Assembly (NCBI RefSeq): GCF_009914755.1
Contig: NC_060933.1
Origin: the human T2T-CHM13v2.0 reference genome, Homo sapiens
Strand: one strand, 5' to 3'
DNA length: 64,000 bases
The notes below the pieces were generated by a model. That model saw only the letters and a program-made list of their open reading frames with translations. It did not search any database and was not told the origin of the DNA. The position numbers and the translations under genes were made by a program. Numbering within the stretch: position 1 is the stretch's first letter; every line of letters begins with the position of its first letter. This document shows, piece by piece, positions 50,201-63,727 of this stretch.

Positions 50201-51696
50201 TCTCAACTTTTGGAGGATGTTTTAAGAACAGAGAAAAATAAAGTCCTAGAAGTGAGAAAAATGTGACAATCCCCAGTTCATTAAAAATTACCAGTCTTTG
50301 AGTGGATTTTATTCTACCACATTGATAATTCCATTTATAAAACTCTGCTGCAGCACATACAGTATGGTAAAAATCTCAATTCCTGAGCAGCAAATGTTCC
50401 TAAATTGTGTACCCGATGATTTTATAATTAGAAACAACGCATCTGGGAAGCAGAGACGAAATGTCTAACAATTGCTCAAAACACCTTTTGGGAATCCGCT
50501 CCTTTAGGTATGTTCTGGGTAGCATCCAAAAAGACAAGAGCAGGGGCTTGTGTATATTTCCCCACAGACGCTTATCTTCTGTGCATGCTGATGGGAGTCA
50601 TCATGGTGTATTTCTGACTCTGGCATCTCCATCTCTGTCTCCTTTTCTGCTTTGTTTTGCCTCTCTTATCCCATTAGTGCAGCCAATATCTAGAGTTTCA
50701 TTCGTAGACTCATTTTGGCACATATTTCTATACATTTCTAGATATTTCTTTTCCAGGGATCAGATCTGTAGATACTCTGTCATCTTTCAGGAGTAGAGAA
50801 TGAAATGAATGTCTGAGACCTAATAAGGGTGAGAGCTCTGAGGAACTCTTGTCATAAATAAACCATGACTGGACCCTTAAAACCTCTGGCCTAATATCAA
50901 GCATTCCCAACCATTTTTGGCTACAGTCTCCACAGTTGTGAAATTTCAAGTACCTATCCTTTCTAGATATGAGAACAAAGAAGGAATTCTTCGTGAGTTT
51001 TTTTTTTCTGTAATTATATGGGAAAATGGCGACTCTACACTAACTAATGTACTTCACTCCTTCGAGTGTCCTTATTTTTTTCATAAGTGGCTTGTATGAA
51101 AATTGTAACCTAAGTTCTTTCTTCCCAAGCTTCTACAATTTTTCAGTTTTAAATCTATTATTACTGCAATCTCATAATAACCTGTTAAACCCAAGCTCTT
51201 GCACAGTTTGTGCCAAGATGAGATTTTTTAAAAATCATATCTAAATTACTTCATGAAATAATGTTCCTATCTGCCTCCAAGCTGCTGTCAAGGCTGGGAC
51301 AAAAAGCTTTGCTAAGAAGAAGAGAGCAAACTGAGCCGGATGTCTCTAGGGAAATAGTGGAGTGGAAACCAGCTCTGGGAAGGACCCTCAGTAGATATCT
51401 TCTTATTTCATATTTTCTTCTAAACGATGTAGGTGTTACCCTTACAAAGTGCATTTTTCTTTTCATATTCTGATTCTACAGAGAATCAAAAGCACAAAAA
51501 CTATGTACCCTGGCTCTCATCTGAACTTCTGATGAAAACGAATTATGAGAGAAGCATCTTCATATTCTTAGGCTACATAACATGACCTTTAATATACAAT
51601 TTTGTCATTCATTTATTTAGCAAACATTCTCTGAATCCCTGCTCAGTTACAGGGCATTGTACATAAACACATGCATAAAAGACTTAGTCTCCTCCC

Positions 51697-52003
51697 TTTT
51701 TCTTTTTTTTGAGACAGAGTCTCACTGTCACCCAGGGTAGAGTGCAGTGGCACGATCTTGGCTCACTGCAAGCTCTGCCTCCCGGGTTCACGCCATTCTC
51801 CTGCCTCAGCCTCTTGAGTAGCTGGGACTACAGGTGCCCGCCATCACACCTGGCTAATTTTTTATTTTTTATTTTTTTTATTTTTAGTAGAGACGGGGTT
51901 TCACCGTGTTAGCCAGGATGGTCTCGATATCCTGACCTGGTGATCCACCCGCCTCAGCCTCCCAAAGTGCTGGGATTACAGACGTGAGCCACCGCGCCCG
52001 GCC
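51697..52003 (-). mobile_element. AluY
   Basis: CTGCAAGCTCTGCCTCCCGGGTTCACGCCATTC and CGTGTTAGCCAGGATGGTCTCGA; TSD core TTAGTCTCC (51684-51692 / 52004-52012). Confidence 0.95.
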
Positions 52004-52287
52004 TTAGTCTCCACTTTTAAGAAAATCACTCTCTGATGAGAATAACCATACAAACAGGTTGTCACAGCACAAAGTGACAAGGGGTATTACTGTCTACAGA
52101 TGGATTCATGGTACTTTGAGAATAGGTGATATCTGTACTTTTTGCTTTCATGTTTTTATTCAACTACTCACTCAGCAAACTTTTACCAAATAGCCATAGT
52201 ATGCATTGTTCTATTCATAGCGCTGGGGTCCACAAAAATGAATTGGATAAAATTGTGTGCCAAGAGTTTTATTTAGAGAGGCAATGC

Positions 52288-52385
52288 ATGTGCTGGATAT
52301 TTTCTGTTGCTCTCCAGATCTGTCATCCATGTTTCCCACTCTGCTCTGTGACCCACAAAGCTCACCTTTAATAGACTTCAATATT
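52288..52385 (+). mobile_element. LTR33 5' fragment
   Basis: TGTGCTGGATATTTTCTGTTGCTCTCCAGATC...CTCTGCTCTGTGACCC. Confidence 0.55.
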
Positions 52386-52989
52386 GATGGACTGTTCTCC
52401 AAAATGCGTTTTCTGTAAGCAGGCCACTAAACCATTTGAATTCCTTGATCAGTATTCTTCATAGCAGAATAAGACTAAATGCACTTTTAGATTTTAATAT
52501 TTACTATATTTAATATCCACAGGCTATTTTCCATGTATATCATAATAAGGACATTTTTTAATTTATCAGGTTTTTTCTTGTATTAAATTTTACATATTAT
52601 ATCTTCTGCCATTGTGATTTTGTTGTTGTTTTTATTTATACCAACTCCATTTTTTTAATCTGAGTAAAATTTTGCAGATAAAAAACTCATTAAGGTAGTT
52701 CAATCTTTTGTCAATGTTTAATCAATAATAAGATTAAATATATGTATATTTGCTATTTTCAATGTTACTTTATGTTGGTTGTCTCTACCCACAATATTTA
52801 GTTGTGATTTCATCACCTAAAATAAAATGACTACTTATAGAGATTGCTTAATTTCACAAGAACTTTTAATTTTATCTAAGTAGGATTAAAATAGCGACAT
52901 CAGTGATGGGGTCAAAAAATCTTGCTTTACATTTTGCAGCTTCCTGGATTTATACATTTATAAAAGCACCTGGCACAGTATATTGAGAT

Positions 52990-54030
52990 TCATGTCTGCC
53001 TCTCTCCAGAAAATGTGAGCTCCTTGAGGGTGGAAATTATGTATTATTCGCCTCTGTGAAGCCAGTGCCTTGCCCAACCTGCCCAAGATGGTGTTAAGTA
53101 GAGACAGGTTCATTGTAGAGTCATATATTTTTTAAAGTTTCTTCATACCCTGCTAAATGTGTATGCCTTTTCAGGTGTTTCCTCCAGGGAAATGATCAGT
53201 AGAGTATTGTCAACATTCTTAGATGCAGGGAACCGTGCGATACAGCTCTGGTATCTGCTTACTTTCATAAACTCTGTTCCTACTCTTTTCACAATTTGTT
53301 CTCATTTGTAAAACCCTTTTCCAAGCCCTATGGTTTAAAAAAAAGGTCAAGGGTGGCCACTGAGCAAAAACATTCAGGGTCTCACATACCAATCCTACTG
53401 GCTTTCAATCTCTCACTCCTGGAGTTAGATTCTATGCAACCAGGGCCTCCAACGGTTCTGGAGAGCAGGTGGGTTAAAGAGAGGGGGGAAAAGAGGGAGG
53501 CAGAGAGAAAAGGAGGGAAGAAAATATAGTGTTTGTGGGCATTCATTCGTTTATTGCAAGCTCCATAAAGGCAGCAAATGTATCTAACTTATTCGCTTTT
53601 CTGTACCTACCTCCTAGAACACTACCTGGCTCATGTAGGTGCTCAATAAACATTTTTAACAAATGGGAGACCTAAATAAAGGACACTTGGATTTACTGAT
53701 AATTTACGATTTGACAGGTTCTGTGTTAATTCTTTTCGCATGTGATCTTGCTTTAACTGTAATTCTCAAGCCATCTTTGTTACCCTTGTTTTACAGAGAA
53801 AGAAACTGAACCTTACTATTACATATGGGCTGTTATTAACTCTTCACAATTAGGTATCATTGAGGAAAAGATCTGTCACAGTGAAAAGGAGCTCAGAGAT
53901 GATCTAACCCAACACTCGTGTTACTGATGGAGAAAATAACCCCCAGGTAGCCAGAGTGACTTTGTCAAGGCCTCACAGGAGTTACGGTTGGAGGGTGGAC
54001 CTAGACTCAGCTCTCTCACCTCAGTTGGGG
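52990..54030. mobile_element. Cluster of L2 3' ends (about 52990-53110 and 53545-53665, plus) and MIR fragments (about 53700-54030, minus)
   Basis: AATGTGAGCTCCTTGAGGG; CCTGGCTCATGTAGGTGCTCAATAAA; TTTTACAGAGAAAGAAACTGA; GTGACTTTGTCAAGGCCTCACAG. Confidence 0.6.
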
Positions 54031-55434
54031 ACCTGCTAATCCCTAGATCCTCACCTTCTAACCCTAACCCTCTAACCATAAGCTCTGTTTTGATGCCTCT
54101 TGCTGTTCTGTCGCTATCACATGTAGAGAGGACTGAAAACCACCAGCCACACCACCAAATTACCACTCAACCCAAAAGAGAGCTAATGCTAAGCGTTCTT
54201 TAAATGATGTTTCACAATTACCCACAACACCACCTTCTGACCCCATCAGCTCCGTGAATTTTGTTTGTCTGCCCACGGTGGCCTTGCATACAGCACTTAG
54301 CCTTTTAAGACACTGGCCTTGTCTACGGCCTTGAAAATTGCAGATCTTCTAGACTTGGCAGAGCAGCATCTACCAAACAACACAAGGTTCTCTGTTTCAT
54401 GTTTTAACTTGACTCCATTGTTCACCAAATATATTTTTCTTTCTACGAAGTGTAGCTGAACAGTTTATGACAGGATTTAACATTTAAACCTGTAACATAA
54501 AGATCTCTCTTTGTCCCTGTACTCTGACGGATTGTCAAATAAGGTTAATGTGGATTGCCAAAAGCATGACTACCTTATTAGATAATTCCGCAGGTTTGCC
54601 TTTTGAGTCTGTGCATGTTGCAGATGGCAGAATCAACAAGAGTGGAGATCAGGAAGAAGGAAAGGGACATGCAAATATGAACTTGTACTTCTGATGGGCG
54701 CTGGTTCTTGCTGCTCTGAAGGACTGCCATCCGGATTCCCGAGGATGGCATCATACAGTCTACCTCATTTCCTGGGCATGCCCCTACCTTGCACCTCAGG
54801 TAACCACTTCCCTATTGCCCTCACCTATCTCCTTCTGTATTGATCTAGCAAAGTGAGGTTATTTACCTCTTAGAACTGTATAATTTGATTATATTTATCA
54901 CGCATAACAAGAAGTAGGTGTTTTACCAAGCAAACAAGACAGTAAGTAAATGCAACTGACTCTGGTTAGTGGTGAATTCACACTCACATCATCTCTCGGT
55001 GGGACTGTTCCCTGACCAGTTTTCTGCCTCTCTCTCACCTCCAAAGCATCATCTCAGAATGATCTTTCCTGAATATAAATCTCTTCATGTTGCTCCTCTG
55101 CTGAAAACCCTTGATTCTACTTTAAACCTAGAGAATAAAGTACCAACTCACCAATGTGGCAGAGAGATAGGGGCTGGAAAATCTGGTCCCAACCTACCAA
55201 CCTGATGTCTCCCACATTAAACCACATGTCCTCTCCTCCAACATTACTTGACAACTCACTTCTCAATAAGGCAGGCTATTACTTTGCAAGGATTACTCTC
55301 CTGCCTTTTTTCTAACTCATGATCTCTTAAGCACACTTCACGACCCAGTATACAGAACCCATGCCCTGGGAAGCCATTGAAGCCTTTCCAGATAAAGCTA
55401 GTAATGTTTTTCTTTCATTAGAGCACTGATTGCT

Positions 55435-55727
55435 ATCTTGACACGGCAGTTCACACCTCTAATCCTAGCACGTTGGGAGGCCAAGGAGGGCAGATTGCTT
55501 GAGTCCAGGAGTTTGAGACCAGCCTGGGCAACATGGAGAAACTCTGTCTCTACAAAAAATACAAAAATTAGCTGGGTGTGGTGGCTCATGCCAGTAGTCC
55601 CAGCTAAGAGGGAGGCTAAAGGGGGATGATCACGTGAGCCTGGGAAGTCAAGGCTGCAGTGAACCATGACTGTACCACTGCACTTCAGCCTGGGCAACAG
55701 TGCAAGACCCTATCTCAAAAAAAAAAA
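55435..55727 (+). mobile_element. AluJ
   Basis: GATTGCTTGAGTCCAGGAGTTTGAGACCAGCCTGGGCAAC and GTCAAGGCTGCAGTGAACCATGA are J-type; TSD core CACTGATTGC. Confidence 0.92.
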
Positions 55728-55795
55728 GTAACACTGATTGCACTAAAACCTAGCCATCTGACTTCTTATCTTCTCTCTACCTCACCAGATTGTGA

Positions 55796-56117
<322 letters not shown>

Positions 56118-56922
56118 CAAAGTGTAAAATTATGTCTTACACTCACTTTCACTCTAGGAATAACAAAAAGTGATCATCAAAGGAACATCCATTTTGTTAA
56201 AGACACTGGGCTAAATTCCATGAGGAATGCAAAGACAGATTATTCAAAGTCTTTTTCCTTAGGGAGCGTGTTCCTCATTAGGACAGCTGTTACCCACACT
56301 AATATGTAGACTTTTTGCACAAATACATTTTGGTGGCAAATGTTTATGGCACCCTGCTGGAACTAAACTACATTCATGGTTATTGAATTTTTGACTTTGT
56401 CAACCTTTAGCACCCCTTGAGAATTTTCAGTATTCTGATTGTACATTCATGAGGCAAATCACTATGAGGGTACACATGAGTGTACCCTCTCTTATACACT
56501 CATGAGGCAAATCACTCTGTGTATTCCAATCAATTCAAAAACGTGTTTCAATGCTGCTTGATTTTTCCCTTTAACAGATTTCTCAGAGTAAATATTCACA
56601 GTTGAAGCAAAACTAAATATACACACTGATCAAAATTTGACATAACATCTGAGATGGGGTCATGGTACATTGGGGTACTGGAGTCACACCAAATGGGCAA
56701 CTCCCAGGTAATTCTCCTGTGCATATAGTCTTTAAACCCTACCCAGGTAATTCTCCTATGCCTATAGTCTTTAAACCAGGAATGCATCTTACAGACACTA
56801 AAATAAATATGTTTCCAAAAAGGTCTAAATGGATACAGAAAAAAATAAACAGGAGGATCAAGGAAGGCTACACAGAAAAGAATGTCTGAATGTACTTTGC
56901 TGAAGTACAGAAAAAATAGGTA

Positions 56923-57313
56923 TAATATGGTTTGGATTCGTGTCTCCACCCAAATATCATGTCAGGGGAGGGGCCTGGTGGGAGATGCTGTGCTTGGATC
57001 ATGGGGGCCGATATCCCCCTTGTTGTTCTCATGATAGTGAGTGAGTTCTCACAGGATTTGATGGTTTAATCAAATTTCTCAAAACCATCAAATTTGATGG
57101 TTTAAAAGTGTGGTGCTTCCCACTTCACGCTCTCTCTTTCTTCTGCTTCACCACGGTAACATGCGCTAGCTTCCCCTTCTCCTTCTGCCATGACTGTAAG
57201 TTTCCTGAGGTCTTCCCAGCCATCTGAAACTGTGAGTCAATTAAACCTCTTTTCTTTACAAATTGCCCAGTCTCAGGTAGTTCTTTATAGCAGTGTCAGA
57301 GTGAACTAATACA
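56923..57313 (+). mobile_element. MaLR solo LTR, MSTA-like
   Basis: TAATATGGTTTGGATTCGTGTCTCCACCCAAAT...GGGCCTGGTGGGAG...AGTCAATTAAACCTC...AACTAATACA. Confidence 0.88.
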
Positions 57314-58293
57314 TGGCACTTACTTTTAAACCTTGTAAATAATTCATAAATTTTATTTTAATCACTTTTTGGCATTCCAATAAGGTGACTTTCACAAAAT
57401 ACTCTACCCAGAGCAATCTGGTGAATAAACGCATGGAAAAGTAAATGGGAAGTCAATCCAGGGATCTAACTAAATAGCACTAGAAGGAATCTTTTGGGCA
57501 GCTTGGGCTTAGTCAAAAGATTTCACCTAGGAATTCGGTGCCATGCTTGGTAAAATAAAAATCACAAAAGTGATTCCACTTGAAGGTGCTAGAGATGAAC
57601 AATGAAAATGTTTTCAGGACAGAAAAAAAAAAACTTTATTTTAATGAGTAAGAATTTATGGAACTCCACTTAGGACCCAGAAACTGGATTAAGATTCAGG
57701 CATCCAAAAGTTAATAGAACATGGCCCTGCCTTGCCCAGTCTCACCTGGAAACACACTTTGATAATTAAAAAGTGCTTCGCCTTGGTAGTGGAGAAAAAG
57801 TATTCCTGAGCTAAAAGCTGCTCTGTCCCACCTAACAAAACTTAGAAGCAAGACCCAAAAGGATTAAACTACTTTCAAGCAATTTAACCACATCTCAGAA
57901 AAAAAGTTCAAAAATGAAGGAATACAAAAATATCCAGCACTCAGCAAAGTAAAATTCACAGTCTGGCATCCAGTAAAAAAAAAAGTAGCAGAAGGCAAAG
58001 AAGAAAAAAATGCAATGACAAGGAGAAAAGTGGGTTCATCAAAATTGGCCCAGAAATAACACAAATGATAGGATAAGTAGACAGGGATATTGTTCAAGGG
58101 TTATTGTTATTGTATTTCATCTGTTCAAGAAGATAGAGGAAAAGTTGAACATTTTATGTGGAGACATGGAAAAATATATGTATCTCCCAAATTGAACTTA
58201 TAAAAATGAAGTCTACAATACCTGAGATTAAAACATATGCTGCATGGAACCAATAGTGGATTGGACAATGCAAAAGAAAATATTATGAACTTG

Positions 58294-58590
58294 GGCCAGG
58301 CGCGGTGGCTCATGCCTGTAATCCGCAGCAATTTGCAAGGCTGAGGTGGGCAGATCACCTGAGGTCAGGACTTCAAGGCCAGCCTGGCCAACATGGGGAA
58401 ACCCTGTCTCTACTAAAAATACAAAAAAATTAGCTGGGTGTGGTAGTGCCTGCCTGTAATCTCAGATACTCAGGAGGCTGAGGCAGGAGAATCACTTGAA
58501 CCCAAGGCAGAGGTTGCAGTGAGCTGAGATCGCACCACTGTACTCTAGCCTGGGCAATAGAGCAAGACTCCATCTCAAAACTAAATAAAT
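58294..58590 (+). mobile_element. AluS (Sx/Sz-like)
   Basis: GATCACCTGAGGTCAGGA...GCCTGGCCAACATGG; full dimer. Confidence 0.93.
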
Positions 58591-59020
58591 TATATATATA
58601 TAAAACTTGGAGCTATAGCAACAGAATTCCAAAATGAGAAAAAGAGATAAAAGACCAGAATTAATTGAATAAACATCAGTAGGTTGTAGGACAATTACAA
58701 GTGGCCTAACATAAGATTATTTCAGTCTTTAGTACAGAAGGAGGTGTAGAAACAATATCTAAAGATATAATGGCCAAAATTTGCTCATATATGATGAAAA
58801 CTATAAACCCACACATTTCCAAAAATGTTTTTGAAACTTAAGCACAAAAAAATGAAGAAAACAACAAGGTACACCATAAAATAAAACTACTTAAAACAAA
58901 TGATAGAGACAAAACCTTATAAGCAGCTAGATCTAAATATACAGAGGAATAATTATAAGGATACAGGGCTGATTTAATATTTTAAAATTCAACCAATGTG
59001 AATTCAACCAAAAATTCACA

Positions 59021-59460
59021 TATATTGGTTTCCTAGGTTTGTCATAACAAGGTACCATAAATTAAGTAACTTAAAACAGAAATTTATTCTTTTACAGGTC
59101 TGGAAGCTAGATATCCAAAATCAAAGTGTTTGCAAGGTTGATTTCTTCTGCAGGCTTGGAGGGAGAATCTGTTCCATGCGTCTCTCCTGGCTTCTGGTGG
59201 TTACCAGCAATCCTTGAAGTTCCTTGGTTTGTGGCAGCATAACCTTTACTCTCTGCCTCTGCTTTTACATGGTATTGTCCCCCCTATGTCTCTGTCTCTG
59301 TTTTTCTCTTCTTATAAGGACACCAGTAATTCAATTAGGGCCCACCATAGTCTTGTATGACCTCAGCTTATCTTAACTAATTACATCTGCAAAGACCTTA
59401 TTTCCAAATGAGGTTTCTGGTAGACATGAATTTTGAGGGGACACTATTCAACCCAGTACA
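59021..59460 (-). mobile_element. MaLR solo LTR, MLT1C
   Basis: GAGGGAGAATCTGTTCCATGC...CTTATAAGGACACCAG...TTACATCTGCAAAGACC...ACACTATTCAACCCAGTACA. Confidence 0.88.
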
Positions 59461-61174
59461 ATATGGCAAAAGATCAAATTGGATGTCTGCCTAACACCAT
59501 ATATAAATATCAACTTTAGTCATGTTAAGAATTTGTATGTCAAAAATGAAATTTTCAAATACTTTGTAGCAAATATAAATGAATATAATTTAGACTTTGG
59601 AATAGGAAATGATTTCTTAAGCAAGACACGACTTTGGCTATTCAACCTAGTATGCCATATTAATAGACTGAAAAAGAACCTACACAATCGTCTCAATAGA
59701 CGTGAGGGGAAAAAATATTTGAAAATATTCCAAAATCCATTTCTGCAAAACTCTCAACTAACTAGAACAGAAAGATCTTCTTCAACCTGATAAAGGGCAC
59801 AGGTAACACCATACTTTGTGGTGAAAGTGAATACTTTTCCCCTAAGATCAGGAGCAAGGCAAAGATATCTCTTCCCTGTCATGCTTCTATTCAACATTGA
59901 TTTGTATCTTCCTCCTCTATACCACAAAATACCTTCAAAATTGCTGGTGAGCTCAGAGCTGGAGCCAAGCCCTAACCTTGCTGCTGGACTCAAGAATACC
60001 CAGCTACTTCCTCCATCACCCTGGAATGTGTGATACACTACAAAGGCCCCTCAGTTCCTGCCACCTAGGCGTTGTTACTCCACTTCTCATTTGTTGGCTT
60101 GAACGCCAGATATTATGAGTTCTGTAGTTTCCAGATTTAATCCTGGGAAGCAAAGTAGTGTATCTTTCTGCTCTGGGATTCCCAACAAATTATCTGGGAA
60201 TTATGAAAATCAGGTATTCAATGAACCATCCTCACTGCCTTCCCAAAAATAATTCAGGCAAAAAAATAAGACACTGATCACTTCTCATGATTCCACCAGC
60301 AACCAAGGTAGTTTTTCCTTCTCTAATTCTTTTTCTATCTCCTGGTCAAATATTTGTTTCTTTTTGGACATAAAAGGCTCACTCTTCACATTTTGTATAT
60401 ATTTAATATAAATTTAATGTTTTGAATCCTCCAGGATTTAGCTCGTCATATTTTAAGTCAACTTGGGAAGAAAACAAACAATAATGTGACATTTCTTTTT
60501 TCACTTCAGCACCTAGCTCTTGCAATTGAAAGGTACAATTTTCAAGACATGGCTCTGCTATTGATCCACAAATGTCACATCAGAGTCCAAAGATTAATAA
60601 TTTGATGACTTATTGTCTCTGGATTGCTCCTACATTTTTTGGCAATGCATATAGAAAACTACTGCTGCTGACTGACTGGTACCTGAAGGGTAGGTCCTAC
60701 AGAAGATGAAAAATGCATAATTAATAACAAAATATTCGCCTGCTCCAATTACTTAAGGTGATGGAAGCAATACTGGAAGCAATAATAGTTTTTAAATTGG
60801 AAAAGATTATTATTAATGCTAAAACATTCTTAAAGCCACCCAAGAACAATGCATTTGTCTTCATAAATTACAAATACTCACATATTACACATATTCACAC
60901 AAATAATATGGAGTGAAACTTATGAGATAGATAATTACATGTACTGTATCAGTAAAATACATATATAGAGGGAGGAATTGTAAAGATTTTCAGCAACTCA
61001 ATACTTCTTGGTAAAATAGTCTGGTTCTCTGAAGGCCAACTTGAGTGAATTAGCAAAGTTAGCTAGTATCCAATTTGAGGCACCAGAAAATGTCATTCAG
61101 ATGTGTTAGAAAATGAGAACAAATGACGAAAACATTGTTTTATGGTATGGTAAAATAACCCAGTAGAAAACATT

Positions 61175-61990
61175 CTCCAGGAGGTGGAACTTAACGTGTC
61201 TCCACTGCTTGAGCATGGGTTGTGCTAAATGGTTTGCTTTTAAAGAGCAGAGATTATAAAGAGTGGGGAAGTAACTTACAGTAGAGGAACCTGACAAATA
61301 CTACCTTGTTTGGGTGATCAAGGTTAACATCATAAGTGATAGCATGTTGATTGCAGGTACCCTTGATATGATCTAATGGGAATGGCATTTCACTTCTATT
61401 CTCTTCTTCCCTAAAACCCATAAGCCAATCTAACGATGAGAAAAACATCAGATTAAACCCAAATGAGAGACATTCTACCTGACCAGTACTTCTCAAAACT
61501 GTCAAAGTAATCGAAACCAAGGAAAATCTGAGAAATTGTCACAGACCAGAGGAGACTAAGGAGGCATGGCAATGAAGTGCAGTGCAGAGTCCTGGATGGG
61601 ATTCAGGACAGAACAAAGTCATTAGGGAAAAGCTAGTGAAATACAAATAAAGAGTAGGATTTAATTACTAGTAATGTACTAATGGTTAATAGGAATATGC
61701 CAATGTTGGTTTCTTAACTGTGATAAGTATGCTATCATGATGTATAATGTTAACAATTGAGGAAACAGAATGAGAAGTATATATTAGGTTGGTGCAAAAG
61801 TAATTACAGTTTTCGTCACTGAAAGTAATGGCAAAAACTAATTACTTTTGCACCAACCTTTGTAACTTTTACAATCTTTATAACTACAGAAAAGTTACAA
61901 AGATGGTACACAGATTTCCTTCTCTATGCACCATCTTTGTCACTTTTCGGTAAACCTAAGACTATTCTGTATACTTTTTAATTTATTAAA
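61175..61990 (+). mobile_element. L1MC (MC3-like) 3' UTR
   Basis: ACAGTAGAGGAACCTGACAAATACTACCTT...GTGATCAAGGTTAACATCA...CTCAAAACTGTCAAAG...TCCTGGATGGGATTC. Confidence 0.85.
61784..61860. mobile_element. MADE1 (Hsmar1-derived mariner MITE)
   Basis: TTAGGTTGGTGCAAAAGTAATT...AATTACTTTTGCACCAACCT, a palindromic element of about 80 bp with a left TA target site. Confidence 0.93.
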
Positions 61991-62069
61991 AAACAAATTC
62001 CCCTAATTCTTGTTGAAATCTGCTCAGTGATATAATCAACTTACAAAAAACCAATTTCCACATGAGACA

Positions 62070-62460
62070 AATGGGCTAGTGAAAAGTCACAAGTTCAAAT
62101 CCATCATGGGACCTTACCATTTGAGTGACCTTAAAACTTTATAAGCCACCATTTTCTCCCATATAAAACAGGGTTAGCAATACTCATCCTGTCTACCTAC
62201 TTCAGAAGACAGGAAAAAAAACAATTATATATTAAGTATCAACTATGTGTCAGAGAGCTTAAATGTCTGTATATCTTAATCCTCACAACAATCTTGTAAC
62301 ATAGGTAACCTTGTAACATATAGGTAACATGGACCTATAAATCTATTTTCCAGATGTAAGAAGCTCAAAGAGGCTGTGTAAATTGACTAAGGTCATATTA
62401 TTAGCAAGGGTTAAAGTCAGATTTTGAACACAAGTTCCTCCAAACTGCCTCATATGCACC
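62070..62460. mobile_element. Two MIRs (about 62070-62210 plus, about 62225-62460 minus)
   Basis: GTTCAAATCC...GTGACCTT; TTAATCCTCACAACAATCTTG...CTAAGGTCATA. Confidence 0.6.
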
Positions 62461-63294
62461 ATAAACATAAATGTTTTGTAAACTGTCTGGCAACTACACA
62501 CACTTACCTTAACACTACACACAAGACAAATATCTGAGAGCCCAGGTGAGTGCCAAGTACAGTCAAAAAGGGCCTCTCACCACTTGTAATTACTGAAAGA
62601 AGAGCCATTCAGGCAAGGGGTACTCGAGCAGCCTTTTGAAGCACCAAGAGCCTGCACATCCCATGAGCTCTCATTTTCCTCTTTCTAGGTCTTGGGGGCT
62701 GCCCTGGGGAATTCTTATCCTGCCTTTTGGCAGCTCCACAAACCTTCTTTCTGCCAGAGTGTTTTGTACCAGGGCTGTCCGAGGTAGAAGCCTGAGAGGC
62801 TTACCGGTAATGCTATGTGATAACAGTGTATCAAATTCATATTGCCACTTCTGCCAAATGAATTTAATTAAGCAGAAAAATGGGTTACTGAAATGAAATA
62901 CACATGTGCTCTCTAAAGTCATGCGTGCCTTTGGGTATTTGGAAAATACCCTAAATGCATGTTATTACAGGAATCATGTTAACAGCCAGAAAGCAAGCTT
63001 TAGATCCTCAGTATTTATTTGGAAATATGTGAGCATCTTGGAATCTCAGTGTTAATGTGTCAGTTTATCTTCAGGAGATAAACAGCATTTTGTGCCAGGC
63101 CGAGGCACAATCTCCCCACTCACTAATCAAAATACAATATATTTTGCTGGTTTAAAGTTTCAGCTTTTCTTGCAAATTCAGACAAAGCTCTCCAAAGATC
63201 TAGGCAACTAAGAGAATTGTTGTTACTATTCTCACTCTTAATAAGGACATTAATTGCCTTTAAACACAAGTATTTGTGATGGATTCATTAAAAA

Positions 63295-63440
63295 TCATGA
63301 ATAGTTTAACCCAGAGGACTACTAAAGATCATCTAACTCAATCCCTTCCTTTACAAATGAGGAAACTGAAGCCCAGAAGGATGACTAGCCAGGAATGGCC
63401 CAAGGAGTTCATGGCACGGCTGAACTCATAACTCAAGCTC
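63295..63440 (-). mobile_element. MIR/MIR3
   Basis: AAAGATCATCTAACTCAATCCC...TTTACAAATGAGGAAACTGAAGCCCAGA. Confidence 0.75.
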
Positions 63441-63727
63441 CAGGCTGGCGGCACACAGCTCATGCAGGTATTCTATCTTGAACAGGGAGATTCTTTAGAT
63501 TACTTTTGTTCCAAAGAATCTGTGATACATACATAACCAAGTCTCACTTAAAAGTCATGCATCCAGTGGTGGGGAATGAATAAACTGAATCTAACTGGGG
63601 GAAACGTCATGTATATCCAGAATGAGAACCATTTTAATTTTAAAAGGAGAAATAGATTGTTTCTCCAAAAATATCAATGTCATAAAAGACAAAGAAGGGC
63701 TGATAATTACTCCTGACAAAAGGAGAC

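Larger units (their letters stand above)
57740..59900 (+). mobile_element. Old L1M (5' region/ORF1 and ORF2 fragments) interrupted by AluS and MLT1C
   Basis: CCCACCTAACAAA...CAAAGTAAAATTCACAGTCTGGCATCCAG (5' region); RT remnant FPLRSGARQ at about 59836. Confidence 0.75.

Noticed and set aside
60060-60720. Minus-strand acceptor-like TTTTTCATCTTCTGTAG (AG at 60698-60697) with downstream peptides including EGKTTL
   Set aside because: All three frames close within about 30 codons, and I cannot identify a parent protein. A pseudo-exon cannot be excluded without a tblastn or EST search.
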